Positions 42,258-52,368 of a DNA stretch of 64,000 bases are shown one piece after another. Where the stretch lies: assembly GCA_050251945.1 (NCBI GenBank), contig JBFWLW010000005.1:160001-224000 (forward strand), written 5' to 3'. Both the position numbers and the translations under genes were made by a program. The stretch comes from Deferribacterales bacterium. Its GTDB lineage: Bacteria > Chrysiogenota > Deferribacteres > Deferribacterales > Geovibrionaceae. Each line of letters opens with the position of its first letter. The first letter of the stretch is position 1. The notes beneath the pieces were generated by a model, which ran no database searches, was not told the origin of the DNA, and worked only from the letters and a program-made list of their open reading frames with translations.

Positions 42258-43039
42258 TCCGAAAGAAATAGGGTCATTTCCTTAGAAATTGCCACCGTAA
42301 CATTTTCATATATAGTTTTTTTAAGTATCAATTGCGTATTGAATCCCGCCATAAGTGCGCACGGTTCCGCAACAGCGCGGATGCCTATATGTTTTGCCGC
42401 CGCCGTTTCATCAACAGCGTAAGGGCAATTGTGGAAAAGATGTTCAGGCAGAAACCGCAGGTAAATGCCAAGTTCGTCCGCCGCATCAATAAGCCCCTGT
42501 TCCTCTTGTTTGACCCATGCGGAGGCAATCAGCCGTATATCCGCAACAGCAATTTTTGCTTTGCCGCAAGCCGCTGTCAGTGCACTGATTATCTGTTCTT
42601 TTGACGTACCTTTGCGACAGCCGATGCCTGCAATGAAAAGCTTGTTCGCCTCTGTCGCAGTGGTTATGACAGGAACTGCGCCCGTTAAAGATGCCACAAT
42701 GTGCGCCAGCCTATTCGCTCCGCCTTCATGTCCGGAAAGGGCGCTGATGGCGTATCTGCCGACCTCGTCGCAAACAACGACGGCTGGGTCTTCATATTTA
42801 CTGTCAAGGAGCGGGGATATCATACGGGTAGCTATCCCCTGCGCCATTACGGCAATTATTCCATCGTAATTTTCAAATAATTTTTCAAAACATTCTTTAA
42901 GGGAGGAATATCTTACAGCATCATATCCTGAAATTTTTTCAGATAGAAAGAGGTCATATTTCAGCCTTTCTGATATAAAATGCGCCTGTCCGGCACCCTT
43001 TTGGGTAACGGCAATAACGGCGAATTTACCTGTATTCAT
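42254..43039 (-). CDS. cbiG: Cobalt-precorrin-5A hydrolase
   Basis: KYEDPAVVV, LSGHEGGAN, ITTAT, GIGCRKG, VAEPCA. Confidence 0.92.
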   Translation of the reverse strand: MNTGKFAVIAVTQKGAGQAHFISERLKYDLFLSEKISGYDAVRYSSLKECFEKLFENYDGIIAVMAQGIATRMISPLLDSKYEDPAVVVCDEVGRYAISALSGHEGGANRLAHIVASLTGAVPVITTATEANKLFIAGIGCRKGTSKEQIISALTAACGKAKIAVADIRLIASAWVKQEEQGLIDAADELGIYLRFLPEHLFHNCPYAVDETAAAKHIGIRAVAEPCALMAGFNTQLILKKTIYENVTVAISKEMTLFLSE

Positions 43040-43769
43040 GGCTGAAAGCCCTGTCGTACAGCTTTGAATAGTTTTCCGGAGTGCCGCCTACAGCCTTGCC
43101 CACCAGAATCATGGTCTGCTTTGTCATGCCGTTCTTTTTCAGCGTTTTGTCGAGGTCATAAAGCACACATCTGGCTATCTTCTGGTCTTCCCAGCTCGCT
43201 CTGTATACGAGAACTACGGGAGTGTCGGCGTTCCATCCGTTCTCTGTAAGAACTTTTGTTATATATTCGCCCTGACCTGCGGACAGAAAAAAAGCTATTG
43301 TTCCGCCGACGTTTGCGATATTTGAAAGCTCTTCGGGCATAGGTGTTCTGCCGGGCGTACGTGTTATTGTTACTGTTTGGGATATTTCGGGCATCGTCAG
43401 TTCAACGTTTGCCGCCGCCGCCGATGCCGCCATGCTGGTTACGCCGGGGATGGTCTCGTATTCTATGCCGTGGCGGTTGAGTTCCGCCATCTGTTCGCCT
43501 GTGGCTCCGTAAAGCGATGGGTCGCCTGTGTGGACGCGGGCAACGTTTTTGCCGTCTTTATGCGCTTTTTTGATTATTTCTATTATTTCATCCAGATTCA
43601 GAGGGGCTGAATCGTGTATTTCCGCATCTTCGGAAGCATATTTGAGAATATCTGGGTTAACGAGGCTCCCCGCATAGATGATCACCTGACATTCACCTAT
43701 GAGCCTTGCTCCTTTAACGGTTATAAGCTCCGCGTTGCCGGGTCCTGCGCCGATAAAATAGACTTTCAC
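43026..43769 (-). CDS. cbiF: Precorrin-4 C11-methyltransferase
   Basis: GAGPG, YAGSLV, RVHTGDPSLYG, SKLYD. Confidence 0.94.
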   Translation of the reverse strand: MKVYFIGAGPGNAELITVKGARLIGECQVIIYAGSLVNPDILKYASEDAEIHDSAPLNLDEIIEIIKKAHKDGKNVARVHTGDPSLYGATGEQMAELNRHGIEYETIPGVTSMAASAAAANVELTMPEISQTVTITRTPGRTPMPEELSNIANVGGTIAFFLSAGQGEYITKVLTENGWNADTPVVLVYRASWEDQKIARCVLYDLDKTLKKNGMTKQTMILVGKAVGGTPENYSKLYDRAFSHEYR

Positions 43770-44362
43770 TCTGTTTTCTCCTCCAGCACCAGAATGATTC
43801 TGGAAGTGCCGTAACTGCCTTTAAGCTCCGTATAAACCGCCTCTGATAGCAGGCTTACGTCGCAAAGTATATAAAAATTGAATTTTTCTGTTATCTGAGG
43901 GAATTTTTTAATTATCGCATCGGGAGAGTTTGCTTCGTCACAGAGGATTACGGTGGATTCTGCGGGACATTCTTCAATAAGTTCCCTGCCGTGTACGGAC
44001 ATGAATCTGTATGAAAACCACATCTTTTTAAGCAGTGCGAAACCCGCACACATGGAGCTTACGCCTGCGATAACCTTTACGTTCTCAAACTCTTTGGTTA
44101 TGAATCGCGAAAGACTGAAAAATCCCGCGTCGCCGGATACCAGAACGCCTATTTTTCTGTCGGGACAGTTTTTTATGAACTCAATGCTATCGGCGCGCAT
44201 GTTTTTAGGTATATAGTGCGGTTTGTGCTTTGCGAAGGTTTCAACGGAATCCGTCATCCCTATTATCATATCCTGTGCGTCGATAGCTTTAAGTCCGCGC
44301 AGGGTTATCATGTCGTGGTCGCCGGGACCGACGGAAATGACGGTTATTTCAGAGTCTTTCAC
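43766..44362 (-). CDS. cbiE: Cobalt-precorrin-7 C5-methyltransferase
   Basis: SVGPG, SGDAGFFS, GVSS, SVHGR. Confidence 0.85.
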   Translation of the reverse strand: MKDSEITVISVGPGDHDMITLRGLKAIDAQDMIIGMTDSVETFAKHKPHYIPKNMRADSIEFIKNCPDRKIGVLVSGDAGFFSLSRFITKEFENVKVIAGVSSMCAGFALLKKMWFSYRFMSVHGRELIEECPAESTVILCDEANSPDAIIKKFPQITEKFNFYILCDVSLLSEAVYTELKGSYGTSRIILVLEEKTE

Positions 44363-45326
44363 CTTTCATCCTCCCGTTCATGTCATAGAAGATAACAGAA
44401 ACACGCGTAAAACCGTAGTCTTTTTCTATCTTCAGCGCAAGTTCATCCGCGATGAAGGACATGTCGATATCAACCGATGTCAGTATTTCTTCCACGGTAT
44501 TGAATTTATCTGTCAACCCCAGCCTGCCCGCCAGCCAGTCCGTTGCCATAGGTGAATTCTTCGAGTGGGTGTTGTAATATCCCATGAGTATCTTGCAGAG
44601 TTTTGCAGGGTGTCCCGCAACGTATATATTGCTGAAACCCTTTTGTTTCGCATAGTCAAAGGCTTCGTGTGCATAATTGCTCATTAATATCACAGGGATA
44701 GAGAAATATTTTTTCAGAAAATGCTTTTCGCCTATCTTGCCGGGCGTGAGGCATATGGTCTCTTTCTTTTCTCCGGCGGCAACGTCTATTTCGCATTTAA
44801 TCGTTTCAATTATAGCATCAACGCTCATGGGGGTGACGATGCCTGTTGTGCCGATTATAGATATGCCGCCCACGACGCCTACCTTTTCATTGAAGGTTTC
44901 TTTTGCGATGCGTTCGCCGTCGGGCGCCCATATGGTTACTTTTGCACCTTTACCGTCAAGGAGTTTTCCGAGATTTTCCTTTATCATCTTTTCAGGAGCG
45001 GGGTTTATCGCATATCTGCCCACAGGAACCTGCAAGCCTTTTTTTGTCACGATACCTATACCTTTTCCGCCTGTGACCTCCACCGTTCCGGTGTCGTTCA
45101 GCTCGCAATCCGCATATATCCTCATTCCGTGGGTAACGTCGATATCGTCGCCGCCGTCCTTTACGGCATAGAAAAAGCCTATGTCCCGATGCGCGGGTAT
45201 ATGCACGAGGGTGCCGTCGGGCAGAAATATATCGGCAGTTTCTATAATGCAGTTTGACAATTTAAAGACACAAGATGCCCACGCCGCTGCGCAGGCTGTC
45301 GCACCTGTGGTGTAACCGTTTCTCAA
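44349..45326 (-). CDS. cbiD: Cobalt-precorrin-5B C1-methyltransferase
   Basis: GYTTGATA, KDGGDDIDVTHG, GGISIIGTTG, NTHS. Confidence 0.94.
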   Translation of the reverse strand: MRNGYTTGATACAAAWASCVFKLSNCIIETADIFLPDGTLVHIPAHRDIGFFYAVKDGGDDIDVTHGMRIYADCELNDTGTVEVTGGKGIGIVTKKGLQVPVGRYAINPAPEKMIKENLGKLLDGKGAKVTIWAPDGERIAKETFNEKVGVVGGISIIGTTGIVTPMSVDAIIETIKCEIDVAAGEKKETICLTPGKIGEKHFLKKYFSIPVILMSNYAHEAFDYAKQKGFSNIYVAGHPAKLCKILMGYYNTHSKNSPMATDWLAGRLGLTDKFNTVEEILTSVDIDMSFIADELALKIEKDYGFTRVSVIFYDMNGRMKGERL

Positions 45327-45363
45327 TTAAGCTTTTCTCCGTTTGATAAAAACCTGTTAACTA

Positions 45364-45391
45364 ATTTTATATAAACAAATAAAAGTGTCAA
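45364..45391 (-). promoter_or_regulatory. Putative sigma70 promoter of cbi operon
   Basis: Minus strand TTGACA-16-TAAAAT, about 40 nt before the cbiD start. Confidence 0.55.
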
Positions 45392-45446
45392 CAGGTGCTT
45401 GAAAAATACCAGAAATATGTTACAGTCTTCAAGAGGATAAATTAGC

Positions 45447-46154
45447 ATGAAACCTGAAATGATAGTAGCTCTGGATTTTGACAGAGCGGATGCTGCGAAA
45501 AAAATAGTAGATATGACGGGTGATGCCGTCACATGGTATAAGGTAGGGCTTGAATTATTCGTTGCCGACGGCAGGAACATCATCGAATACCTTAAGAAAC
45601 AAGACAAAAAAATATTTCTCGATCTGAAATTTCACGATATTCAAAACACTGTTGTGTCTGCCGTACTTGCTTCTCTGCAATATGAGACGGAGATGGTGAA
45701 CATGCACACTCAGGGCGGCGGCGATATGATGGCTTCCGTTGCGGAGCGTGTTTCGGAGCATTGCGCAAAAACTAATGTGAAGAAACCTCTGCTGATAGGC
45801 GTGACCCTGCTCACCAGTCTTGACGAAAAATACCTTCAGTCCATGAAAATAGGCTTCGCTCAGCCGAAGGATTACGTCCTGCATCTCGCGGCAATGGCTA
45901 AACAGAGTGGACTTGACGGCGTTGTCTCATCCGCAAAGGAGACTACTTTCATAAAAAATGCACTGGGCAGTGATTTCATCACCGTGACCCCCGGCATAAG
46001 ACCTGCCGACGCATCCGTCGACGACCAGAAAAGGGTTGTCACCCCCAAAGACGCAAAGAATATGGGAACTGATTATATAGTTATTGGCAGACCTGTGACG
46101 CAGGCGAAAGATCCGGCACAGGCTGCGCTTAAAATATTGGAGGAACTGAATTGA
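45447..46154 (+). CDS. pyrF: Orotidine-5'-phosphate decarboxylase
   Basis: VALD, KVG, DLKFHDI, TPGIR, DQKR, IGR. Confidence 0.96.
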   Translation: MKPEMIVALDFDRADAAKKIVDMTGDAVTWYKVGLELFVADGRNIIEYLKKQDKKIFLDLKFHDIQNTVVSAVLASLQYETEMVNMHTQGGGDMMASVAERVSEHCAKTNVKKPLLIGVTLLTSLDEKYLQSMKIGFAQPKDYVLHLAAMAKQSGLDGVVSSAKETTFIKNALGSDFITVTPGIRPADASVDDQKRVVTPKDAKNMGTDYIVIGRPVTQAKDPAQAALKILEELN

Positions 46155-46726
46155 ACGCAGAGCAGGTACTGGAACTTTACAGAAAACACAACGCACTTCT
46201 GGAGGGACACTTTCTTCTCTCCTCCGGTCTTCATTCCGATAAATTTCTTCAGTCGGAACTCATCATGCAGCACCCCTGCGAAGTTGAGGCTGTCATAGCA
46301 GAGCTTGTGGAAAAGCTCGGCGGTGTTGAGTTCGATGTTGTCGTAAGCCCCGCTATAGGCGGAATCCGTTTCGGATATGAGCTTGCGCGTCAGATGAAAA
46401 AGCGTACATTGTTTACGGAGAGAGTCGACGGAACAATGATGCTGCGCAGGGGCTTTTCTATAGCAAAAGGCGAAAAGGTGCTTCTGGCTGAGGATGTTAT
46501 AACCACCGGAAAATCAACTAAAGAGTGTATCAACGCCTGCATAAACGCCGGCGGAGATGTTGTAGCAGTTACCTGCCTTATAGACAGAAGCGGCGGGAAA
46601 GCTGAGTTTGATCAACCTTTTATCCCGCTTGTGCAACTTGACGTACAGACGTTTGATCCGTCAGTGTGTCCTATGTGCAAAGAGGGAACACCCGCTTATA
46701 AACCCGGCAGCAGAAACATAAAATAA
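46151..46726 (+). CDS. pyrE: Orotate phosphoribosyltransferase
   Basis: GHFLLSSGLHS, EDVITTGKS, KPGSR. Confidence 0.94.
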   Translation: MNAEQVLELYRKHNALLEGHFLLSSGLHSDKFLQSELIMQHPCEVEAVIAELVEKLGGVEFDVVVSPAIGGIRFGYELARQMKKRTLFTERVDGTMMLRRGFSIAKGEKVLLAEDVITTGKSTKECINACINAGGDVVAVTCLIDRSGGKAEFDQPFIPLVQLDVQTFDPSVCPMCKEGTPAYKPGSRNIK

Positions 46727-46827
46727 TAGCCGTTAAGTTTTTTTTTATTTTTACGAACGTAATTTTGTGGTACAATCTTTCTCTTTTAAGTAAGATTGTA
46801 CATGTTTAAACACAACCACCGGGGATT

Positions 46828-47499
46828 TTGGCTTTGGAAAAACTTGTAAAGTTTGATAAATTTATATCTATCAATCAGAAGCTGCTGATAGAGGTGAAGG
46901 TGGGGGATTATCCCGGGATATTCGATTCCCGTATAGAGGATGTCGCCCACAAAGAACATATCATGGTGTCCATGCCCACCAGCAAGGGGCGGACGGTGCC
47001 TTTGGCTCCCAACACCCGTCTGCACGTTTCATATGTTATGGACATGGGCAGGTTCACCTTTAAAAGCGTAGTGCTTGACAGACTGAAAAGCGGCACCATG
47101 ATGCTTTTGAAAATTGCATATCCTGATGCCGTGTTCCGAGAGGAGCTCAGAGCTTTTTTCCGTGTTGATACCCGTTTAAGTATTAAGGCTACGGTTCCTG
47201 TGAAAAAGGACGATATATGGCTTGAGAAGCTTGTTGAAGCCAAAGTTACAGATATGTCCGGCGGCGGGCTTAAAATGTTTACCGACATTCCCGTTGCAAA
47301 AGATGCTACAATAGAAATATTTTTTATGGGACACATCGAGAAGCTGGATCAGGTCAAGGCGCAGGTGATGCGCTGCCGCTCTGTTGAAGGCAAATTTGAA
47401 ATTGGCGTAAAGTTTGTGGATTTACACCAGACGGACAGGGACAGAATAATAAAATACGTCTTCAAACGTCAGGTGGAGCAGCGGAAGCTGCTTGGCTAG
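46828..47499 (+). CDS. YcgR/PilZ-domain c-di-GMP receptor (flagellar brake-like)
   Basis: RAFFR and DMSGGG PilZ motifs with N-terminal YcgR-like domain. Confidence 0.85.
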   Translation: MALEKLVKFDKFISINQKLLIEVKVGDYPGIFDSRIEDVAHKEHIMVSMPTSKGRTVPLAPNTRLHVSYVMDMGRFTFKSVVLDRLKSGTMMLLKIAYPDAVFREELRAFFRVDTRLSIKATVPVKKDDIWLEKLVEAKVTDMSGGGLKMFTDIPVAKDATIEIFFMGHIEKLDQVKAQVMRCRSVEGKFEIGVKFVDLHQTDRDRIIKYVFKRQVEQRKLLG

Positions 47500-47510
47500 G
47501 AGGGGGTTTT

Positions 47511-47855
47511 ATGGCATTTAACAGTGAAATGCTAATTTTCGGCGAAAAAAATGTTGAAGTTCTCTACCCCATGCACGAAATAGACTCATACAACGGGGAT
47601 GAGATGAAAACCCACATCCGCTCCAATATGGACGGGTCAGACGCCGTTATAATAAACTGTTCCCGCGTGACATATCTGAACAGCAGCGGACTGCGCGAGC
47701 TTATCCAGATACTTAAAAATATGAGAGAGCTGAACAAGCCGCTCTATCTTACAGCCGTGAATGAAGAGATCATGAAGGTTTTTAAAAGTACAAACCTGAA
47801 CAGGCTTTTCAACATACACGAAAACAACGACGACGCTATGCGTTATATCATCTAA
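47511..47855 (+). CDS. STAS-domain anti-sigma factor antagonist
   Basis: EID, VTYLNSSGL motif; GGAGG RBS. Confidence 0.85.
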   Translation: MAFNSEMLIFGEKNVEVLYPMHEIDSYNGDEMKTHIRSNMDGSDAVIINCSRVTYLNSSGLRELIQILKNMRELNKPLYLTAVNEEIMKVFKSTNLNRLFNIHENNDDAMRYII

Positions 47856-47871
47856 AAATACAGAGTGTATC

Positions 47872-48948
47872 TTGACCGAAAAATTCTATATCGATTCCCA
47901 CTGTCTTCAAGGACTTAAAGATTTTGCCGTGTCCATGGGCTTTGAAAAGTTCCGCGGCGAACAGATATATAAATGGGCGCATAACCGCGGCAGTGAAAAT
48001 ATCGCTGAAATGACAGACCTTTCAGCTGCTATCCGTCAGAAACTTGCGGATATTGCCGTGTTTACCGTTATGGAAGTAGTGGCGGCACAGCGTTCGGAGC
48101 AGGACGGCTCCGTAAAAGTGCTTTTCAGGCTGGAAGACGGCGAGCATATCGAATCCGTTATCCTTAACGACGGAAAGCGCTATACAGCATGCATCTCTTC
48201 ACAGGTGGGCTGCCGCATGGGCTGTGTGTTCTGTTCGACAGCTTCCATGGGGCTTAAACGCAACCTCACTGTCGGTGAGATTCTGAAACAGGTCAAACGT
48301 CTTAACGAGATACTGGCACAGCAGGATGAAAAACTCACCAACCTTGTCTTCATGGGCATGGGCGAGCCGCTTGACAACACTGACAACGTTCTGGAGGCGC
48401 TGACGGTGCTTCTTGACGACAACGGCTACGGTTTTTCCCACAGGAAGATAACAGTTTCAACCTGCGGCGTGACCGACAGTATAAAAAAACTGTTTTCCAT
48501 AGATACGCCTGTCAACCTCGCGGTTTCCATTAACGCATCAACACAGGAAAAAAGAAAGGGCATCATGCCCATATCCAATAAATTCCCGCTTGCCGAGCTT
48601 GTGAAAACGCTGAAAGAACTGCCTATTCAGAAACGCAAAAGCGTGACCATCGAATATGTGCTTCTGAAAGGCGTCAACGACACCATTGAGGATGCGCAGA
48701 ATCTTGCTAAACTCCTCAAAGGTCTTGATAGGCTCAAGGTAAATCTTATATTGTACAACGCCGGTGCTGATAAAGAGTTTAAAGCGCCTGACCAAAAAGA
48801 TGCTTTAAAGTTTCAGCAATATCTGATAAATAACAGGATAGGCGTTTTCATCAGAAAGAGCCTCGGAAGTGATATTGACGGAGCCTGCGGTCAGCTGCGG
48901 GCGAATTACACGAAAGAAGGTGGGAAAGATGGCGGAAAAACTCCTTGA
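47872..48948 (+). CDS. rlmN: 23S rRNA m2A2503 methyltransferase
   Basis: CISSQVGCRMGCVFCST, FMGMGEP, ACGQL. Confidence 0.96.
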   Translation: MTEKFYIDSHCLQGLKDFAVSMGFEKFRGEQIYKWAHNRGSENIAEMTDLSAAIRQKLADIAVFTVMEVVAAQRSEQDGSVKVLFRLEDGEHIESVILNDGKRYTACISSQVGCRMGCVFCSTASMGLKRNLTVGEILKQVKRLNEILAQQDEKLTNLVFMGMGEPLDNTDNVLEALTVLLDDNGYGFSHRKITVSTCGVTDSIKKLFSIDTPVNLAVSINASTQEKRKGIMPISNKFPLAELVKTLKELPIQKRKSVTIEYVLLKGVNDTIEDAQNLAKLLKGLDRLKVNLILYNAGADKEFKAPDQKDALKFQQYLINNRIGVFIRKSLGSDIDGACGQLRANYTKEGGKDGGKTP

Positions 48949-49393
48949 AGAGGGTATGACCGCTCCCGATTTCAGCCTTGAAGGCGACGACGGGAACACA
49001 TACAGCCTTGCATCATTCAAAGGGAAAAAGCTGGTTCTGTATTTCTATCCGAAAGACAACACCTCCGGCTGTACGAAAGAAGGGATCGCTTTCACTCAGG
49101 TGAAGGATGATTTCGGCGGGAAAAATGCCGTTATCGTGGGCGTCAGTCCCGACAGCATAAAAAGTCACCTGAATTTCAAAGAAAAACATTCTCTCGGCAT
49201 TCTTCTTTTAAGCGACCCCGACCGCCTTGCTGCCGCTGCGTACGGCGCATACGGCGAGAAGAAGATGTACGGCAAATCCGTTATGGGTATAATACGTTCC
49301 ACGTTTGTTATAGATGAAAACGGTAAACTGGAAAAAGCGTTCCGCAATGTCAAGGTTGACGGACACGCGGAAAAAGTGATGTGTGTACTTTGA
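48929..49393 (+). CDS. bcp: Peroxiredoxin Bcp
   Basis: YFYPKDNTSGCT, GVSPD, KKMYGK, RSTF. Confidence 0.93.
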   Translation: MAEKLLEEGMTAPDFSLEGDDGNTYSLASFKGKKLVLYFYPKDNTSGCTKEGIAFTQVKDDFGGKNAVIVGVSPDSIKSHLNFKEKHSLGILLLSDPDRLAAAAYGAYGEKKMYGKSVMGIIRSTFVIDENGKLEKAFRNVKVDGHAEKVMCVL

Positions 49394-49620
49394 TGAGTAA
49401 CGAAAAATTTGAAGATAAACTGAAAAAACTGGAAGAGATAGTCGAGCGGCTGGAAAGCGGCGAAGTTGAGATTGAAGAGAACCTTAAACTCTTTCAGGAG
49501 GGCATGAAGCTGGGCAAGGAATGCCGCAAAATGCTTGATGATATCGAGTCCAAGGTCAGCCGGGTGCTTTCGGCAGAGGGCGACGAAGTTAAAACGGAGC
49601 AGTTTGATGAGCCGCTTTGA
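49393..49620 (+). CDS. xseB: Exodeoxyribonuclease VII small subunit
   Basis: FEDKLKKLEEIVERLESG..FQEG..C; upstream of ispA. Confidence 0.92.
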   Translation: MSNEKFEDKLKKLEEIVERLESGEVEIEENLKLFQEGMKLGKECRKMLDDIESKVSRVLSAEGDEVKTEQFDEPL

Positions 49621-50506
49621 CATGAAAGGCTACCTCGGTTTCTGGGGCGTCAAGGTTGAGGAATTCTTTGAAAGCTATATGCAGCCACACGACCCCCATA
49701 CGAAAAATCTTATGCAGGCAATGCGCTACAGCCTTTTCGCAGGCGGAAAACGTATCCGTCCGGCTCTTGTCTATTCGGCATACGGCATATTCGAGGGGTA
49801 TTTTGATAAAGTAACCCCGTTTGCGTCGGCGGTTGAGATGCTCCATACCTATTCGCTGATACACGATGACCTTCCCGCCATGGACGACGACGATTTCCGC
49901 AGGGGAAAACCAACTAACCATAAAGTGTTCGGCGAAGCCACCGCTATCCTCGCTGGTGACGGACTGCTTACGAAGGCTTTTGAGGTTATGTGCGACAAAA
50001 AGCTGAACCCGGACGTTACGCCAGAACAGATGATTGAGGCGGCTTTTAAGCTTGCCGACGCAACAGGCGACAAGGGGATGGTCGGCGGACAGATAGCCGA
50101 TATGGAAGCGGAAAACGGCATATTTGACGGAGCGGCGGTGGATTTCATCCATAGCCACAAAACGTCCAGACTGCTTGCATACTGCTGTGAACTGGGTGCT
50201 ATACTCGGTTTCGGCAACGAAGACGATAAAAAGCGTCTCTACGAATACGGAATGCGTATCGGGCTGGCGTTTCAGATAGTTGACGATATCCTTGACATCA
50301 CCTCCACAACGGAGGAACTTGGAAAGGACGCAGGAAGCGACGTTGAGAACGGAAAGGCGACCTATCCTGCCGTTCACGGCATCGAGGATTCCCACCGCAA
50401 AGCAGAACTTCTCATTGAAGAGGCTTTGCAGATAATCTCCGTTTACGGAAGCACGGCAGACCCATGCCGTGAAATTGCCAAATTTATAATTGAGAGAAAA
50501 AATTAA
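49607..50506 (+). CDS. ispA: Farnesyl diphosphate synthase
   Basis: GGKRIRP, HDDLPAMDDDDFRRG, FQIVDD, GKATYP. Confidence 0.95.
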   Translation: MSRFDMKGYLGFWGVKVEEFFESYMQPHDPHTKNLMQAMRYSLFAGGKRIRPALVYSAYGIFEGYFDKVTPFASAVEMLHTYSLIHDDLPAMDDDDFRRGKPTNHKVFGEATAILAGDGLLTKAFEVMCDKKLNPDVTPEQMIEAAFKLADATGDKGMVGGQIADMEAENGIFDGAAVDFIHSHKTSRLLAYCCELGAILGFGNEDDKKRLYEYGMRIGLAFQIVDDILDITSTTEELGKDAGSDVENGKATYPAVHGIEDSHRKAELLIEEALQIISVYGSTADPCREIAKFIIERKN

Positions 50507-50509
50507 TAT

Positions 50510-52366
50510 ATGGCACTGCTTGACAGACTGAATCTCCCGTCCGAACTGAAAACGTTGAGCTATGAACAGCTTGACGAACTTGCTCAGGATGTGCGGGACA
50601 AAATAATAAAAACCTGCTCGGTTTCCGGCGGGCACCTTGCGCCGAGCCTCGGTGTTGTGGAACTCACCATCGGGCTTATGAAAGTGTTCGACCCGGAAAA
50701 CGACCGTATCGTCTGGGACGTTGGACACCAGTCCTACGCTTACAAGATACTTACCGACAGAAAAGACAGATTCTGTTCTCTTCGGCAATACAAAGGTATA
50801 TCGGGCTTCATAAAACCATCCGAATCGAAATACGATGCGTTCGGTGTGGGACACACCAGCACTTCCATTTCGGCAGGGCTGGGCATGCACGTTGCTGACG
50901 AGCTGACAGGCAGAAAACGCAAGGTGGTTTCCGTTATCGGCGACGGGGCTATGACCGCAGGCATGGCGTTTGAAGCGCTGAACAACCTCGGACATCTGGA
51001 CAAGAACATGATTGTGGTGCTGAACGATAACGAAATGTCCATCAGCCCCAACGTGGGCGGATTTTCACATTACCTGTCGAACATGATGACTGGTAAATTC
51101 TATACAAGAGTGCGCAAGGACGTTCAGGAATACCTTGCCACAAAACCCCTCGGAAACAGAATTCTCCATCTTGCCAAAAAAATGGAAGAGGGAATGGTGG
51201 GCTTTTTCACCCCCGGGATACTGTTTGAAGAGCTTGGACTTCGCTATGTCGGTCCCGTTCAGGGACATAAGATAAAAGAAGTGGTGCGCGCGCTGGAAAA
51301 CGCGCAGAACGTTGACGGACCTGTGCTTGTGCATGTTATGACCCGCAAGGGCAACGGCTATGCCCCTGCGGAGGCTAACCCTTCAAAATTCCATGGTGTA
51401 GCTTCATTTGACATTTCCACAGGTAAATCCGTGAAACTCGGCGGTCAAAAGTCATTCACCGATATTTTCGGCGAAACGCTTTTGTATCTGGCTGAAAAGA
51501 ACCCGCGGGTGGTTGCCATAAGCGCTGCCATGAAAGACGGAACCGGACTTAACCTTATGGAAGCCAAGTTTCCTGACAGGGTCTTTGATGTAGGTATAGC
51601 GGAACAGCATGCCGTGACATTCGCCGCAGGAATGGCAATATCAGGCATAAAACCTTTTGTCGCAATATATTCGACGTTTGCCCAGAGGGCTTACGATCAG
51701 ATAATACACGACGTTGCACTGCAAAACCTTCCGGTTGTGCTTTGTCTGGACAGGGGCGGGCTTGTCGGTGCAGACGGACCCACACACCACGGCGCGTATG
51801 ATATTTCATACCTGCGTCCGGTACCCAATTTCACTGTTATGCTTCCGAAAGACGGTTATGAACTTGAAGCTATGCTCAGAATGGCGGAAAAGGCGGACAC
51901 TCCCGTATCCATCCGATATGCGAGGGGCGAGGCGGGCAGTTATGACGATATTCCCGTGACACCCGTTGAGCTGGGCGAACCGGAAGTCATAGGCAATGGC
52001 AAAGACGTTGTGATCTATTCGGCAGGATCTGTTTTCGACGAAGCTTATAAGGTCTATAACACACTTGCCGAAAAAGGTATTTCTGCAACTCTCGTCAATA
52101 TCCGCTTTCTGAAACCTCTCAATAAAAACAGAATAGCCGATGCGGCGCGCGGTGCCAGACTGGTTGTCACTGTTGAAGAGGGAAGTGTCAAAGGCGGTGC
52201 CGGAGACGAGATAGCCGACATACTTATGGAAAAGGGCGTACTCGTGAAAATACTCAAACACGGAATCCCCGATCTGTTTGTCGAACACGGCGATCACAAC
52301 AGCCTCAGAAAGCTTATACAGCTTGATGCTGAAAGCATTCTGGACAATATCGTTAAACATATCTGA
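50510..52366 (+). CDS. dxs: 1-deoxy-D-xylulose-5-phosphate synthase
   Basis: GGHLAPSLG, WDVGHQ, GDGAMTAG, GIAEQH, DGPTHHG. Confidence 0.97.
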   Translation: MALLDRLNLPSELKTLSYEQLDELAQDVRDKIIKTCSVSGGHLAPSLGVVELTIGLMKVFDPENDRIVWDVGHQSYAYKILTDRKDRFCSLRQYKGISGFIKPSESKYDAFGVGHTSTSISAGLGMHVADELTGRKRKVVSVIGDGAMTAGMAFEALNNLGHLDKNMIVVLNDNEMSISPNVGGFSHYLSNMMTGKFYTRVRKDVQEYLATKPLGNRILHLAKKMEEGMVGFFTPGILFEELGLRYVGPVQGHKIKEVVRALENAQNVDGPVLVHVMTRKGNGYAPAEANPSKFHGVASFDISTGKSVKLGGQKSFTDIFGETLLYLAEKNPRVVAISAAMKDGTGLNLMEAKFPDRVFDVGIAEQHAVTFAAGMAISGIKPFVAIYSTFAQRAYDQIIHDVALQNLPVVLCLDRGGLVGADGPTHHGAYDISYLRPVPNFTVMLPKDGYELEAMLRMAEKADTPVSIRYARGEAGSYDDIPVTPVELGEPEVIGNGKDVVIYSAGSVFDEAYKVYNTLAEKGISATLVNIRFLKPLNKNRIADAARGARLVVTVEEGSVKGGAGDEIADILMEKGVLVKILKHGIPDLFVEHGDHNSLRKLIQLDAESILDNIVKHI

Positions 52367-52368
52367 CA

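Noticed and set aside
49589..50995. Long antisense ORFs (468 aa here, 387 aa at 31182-32345, 356 aa at 17570-18640)
   Set aside because: Shadow frames opposite well-conserved genes; no motifs
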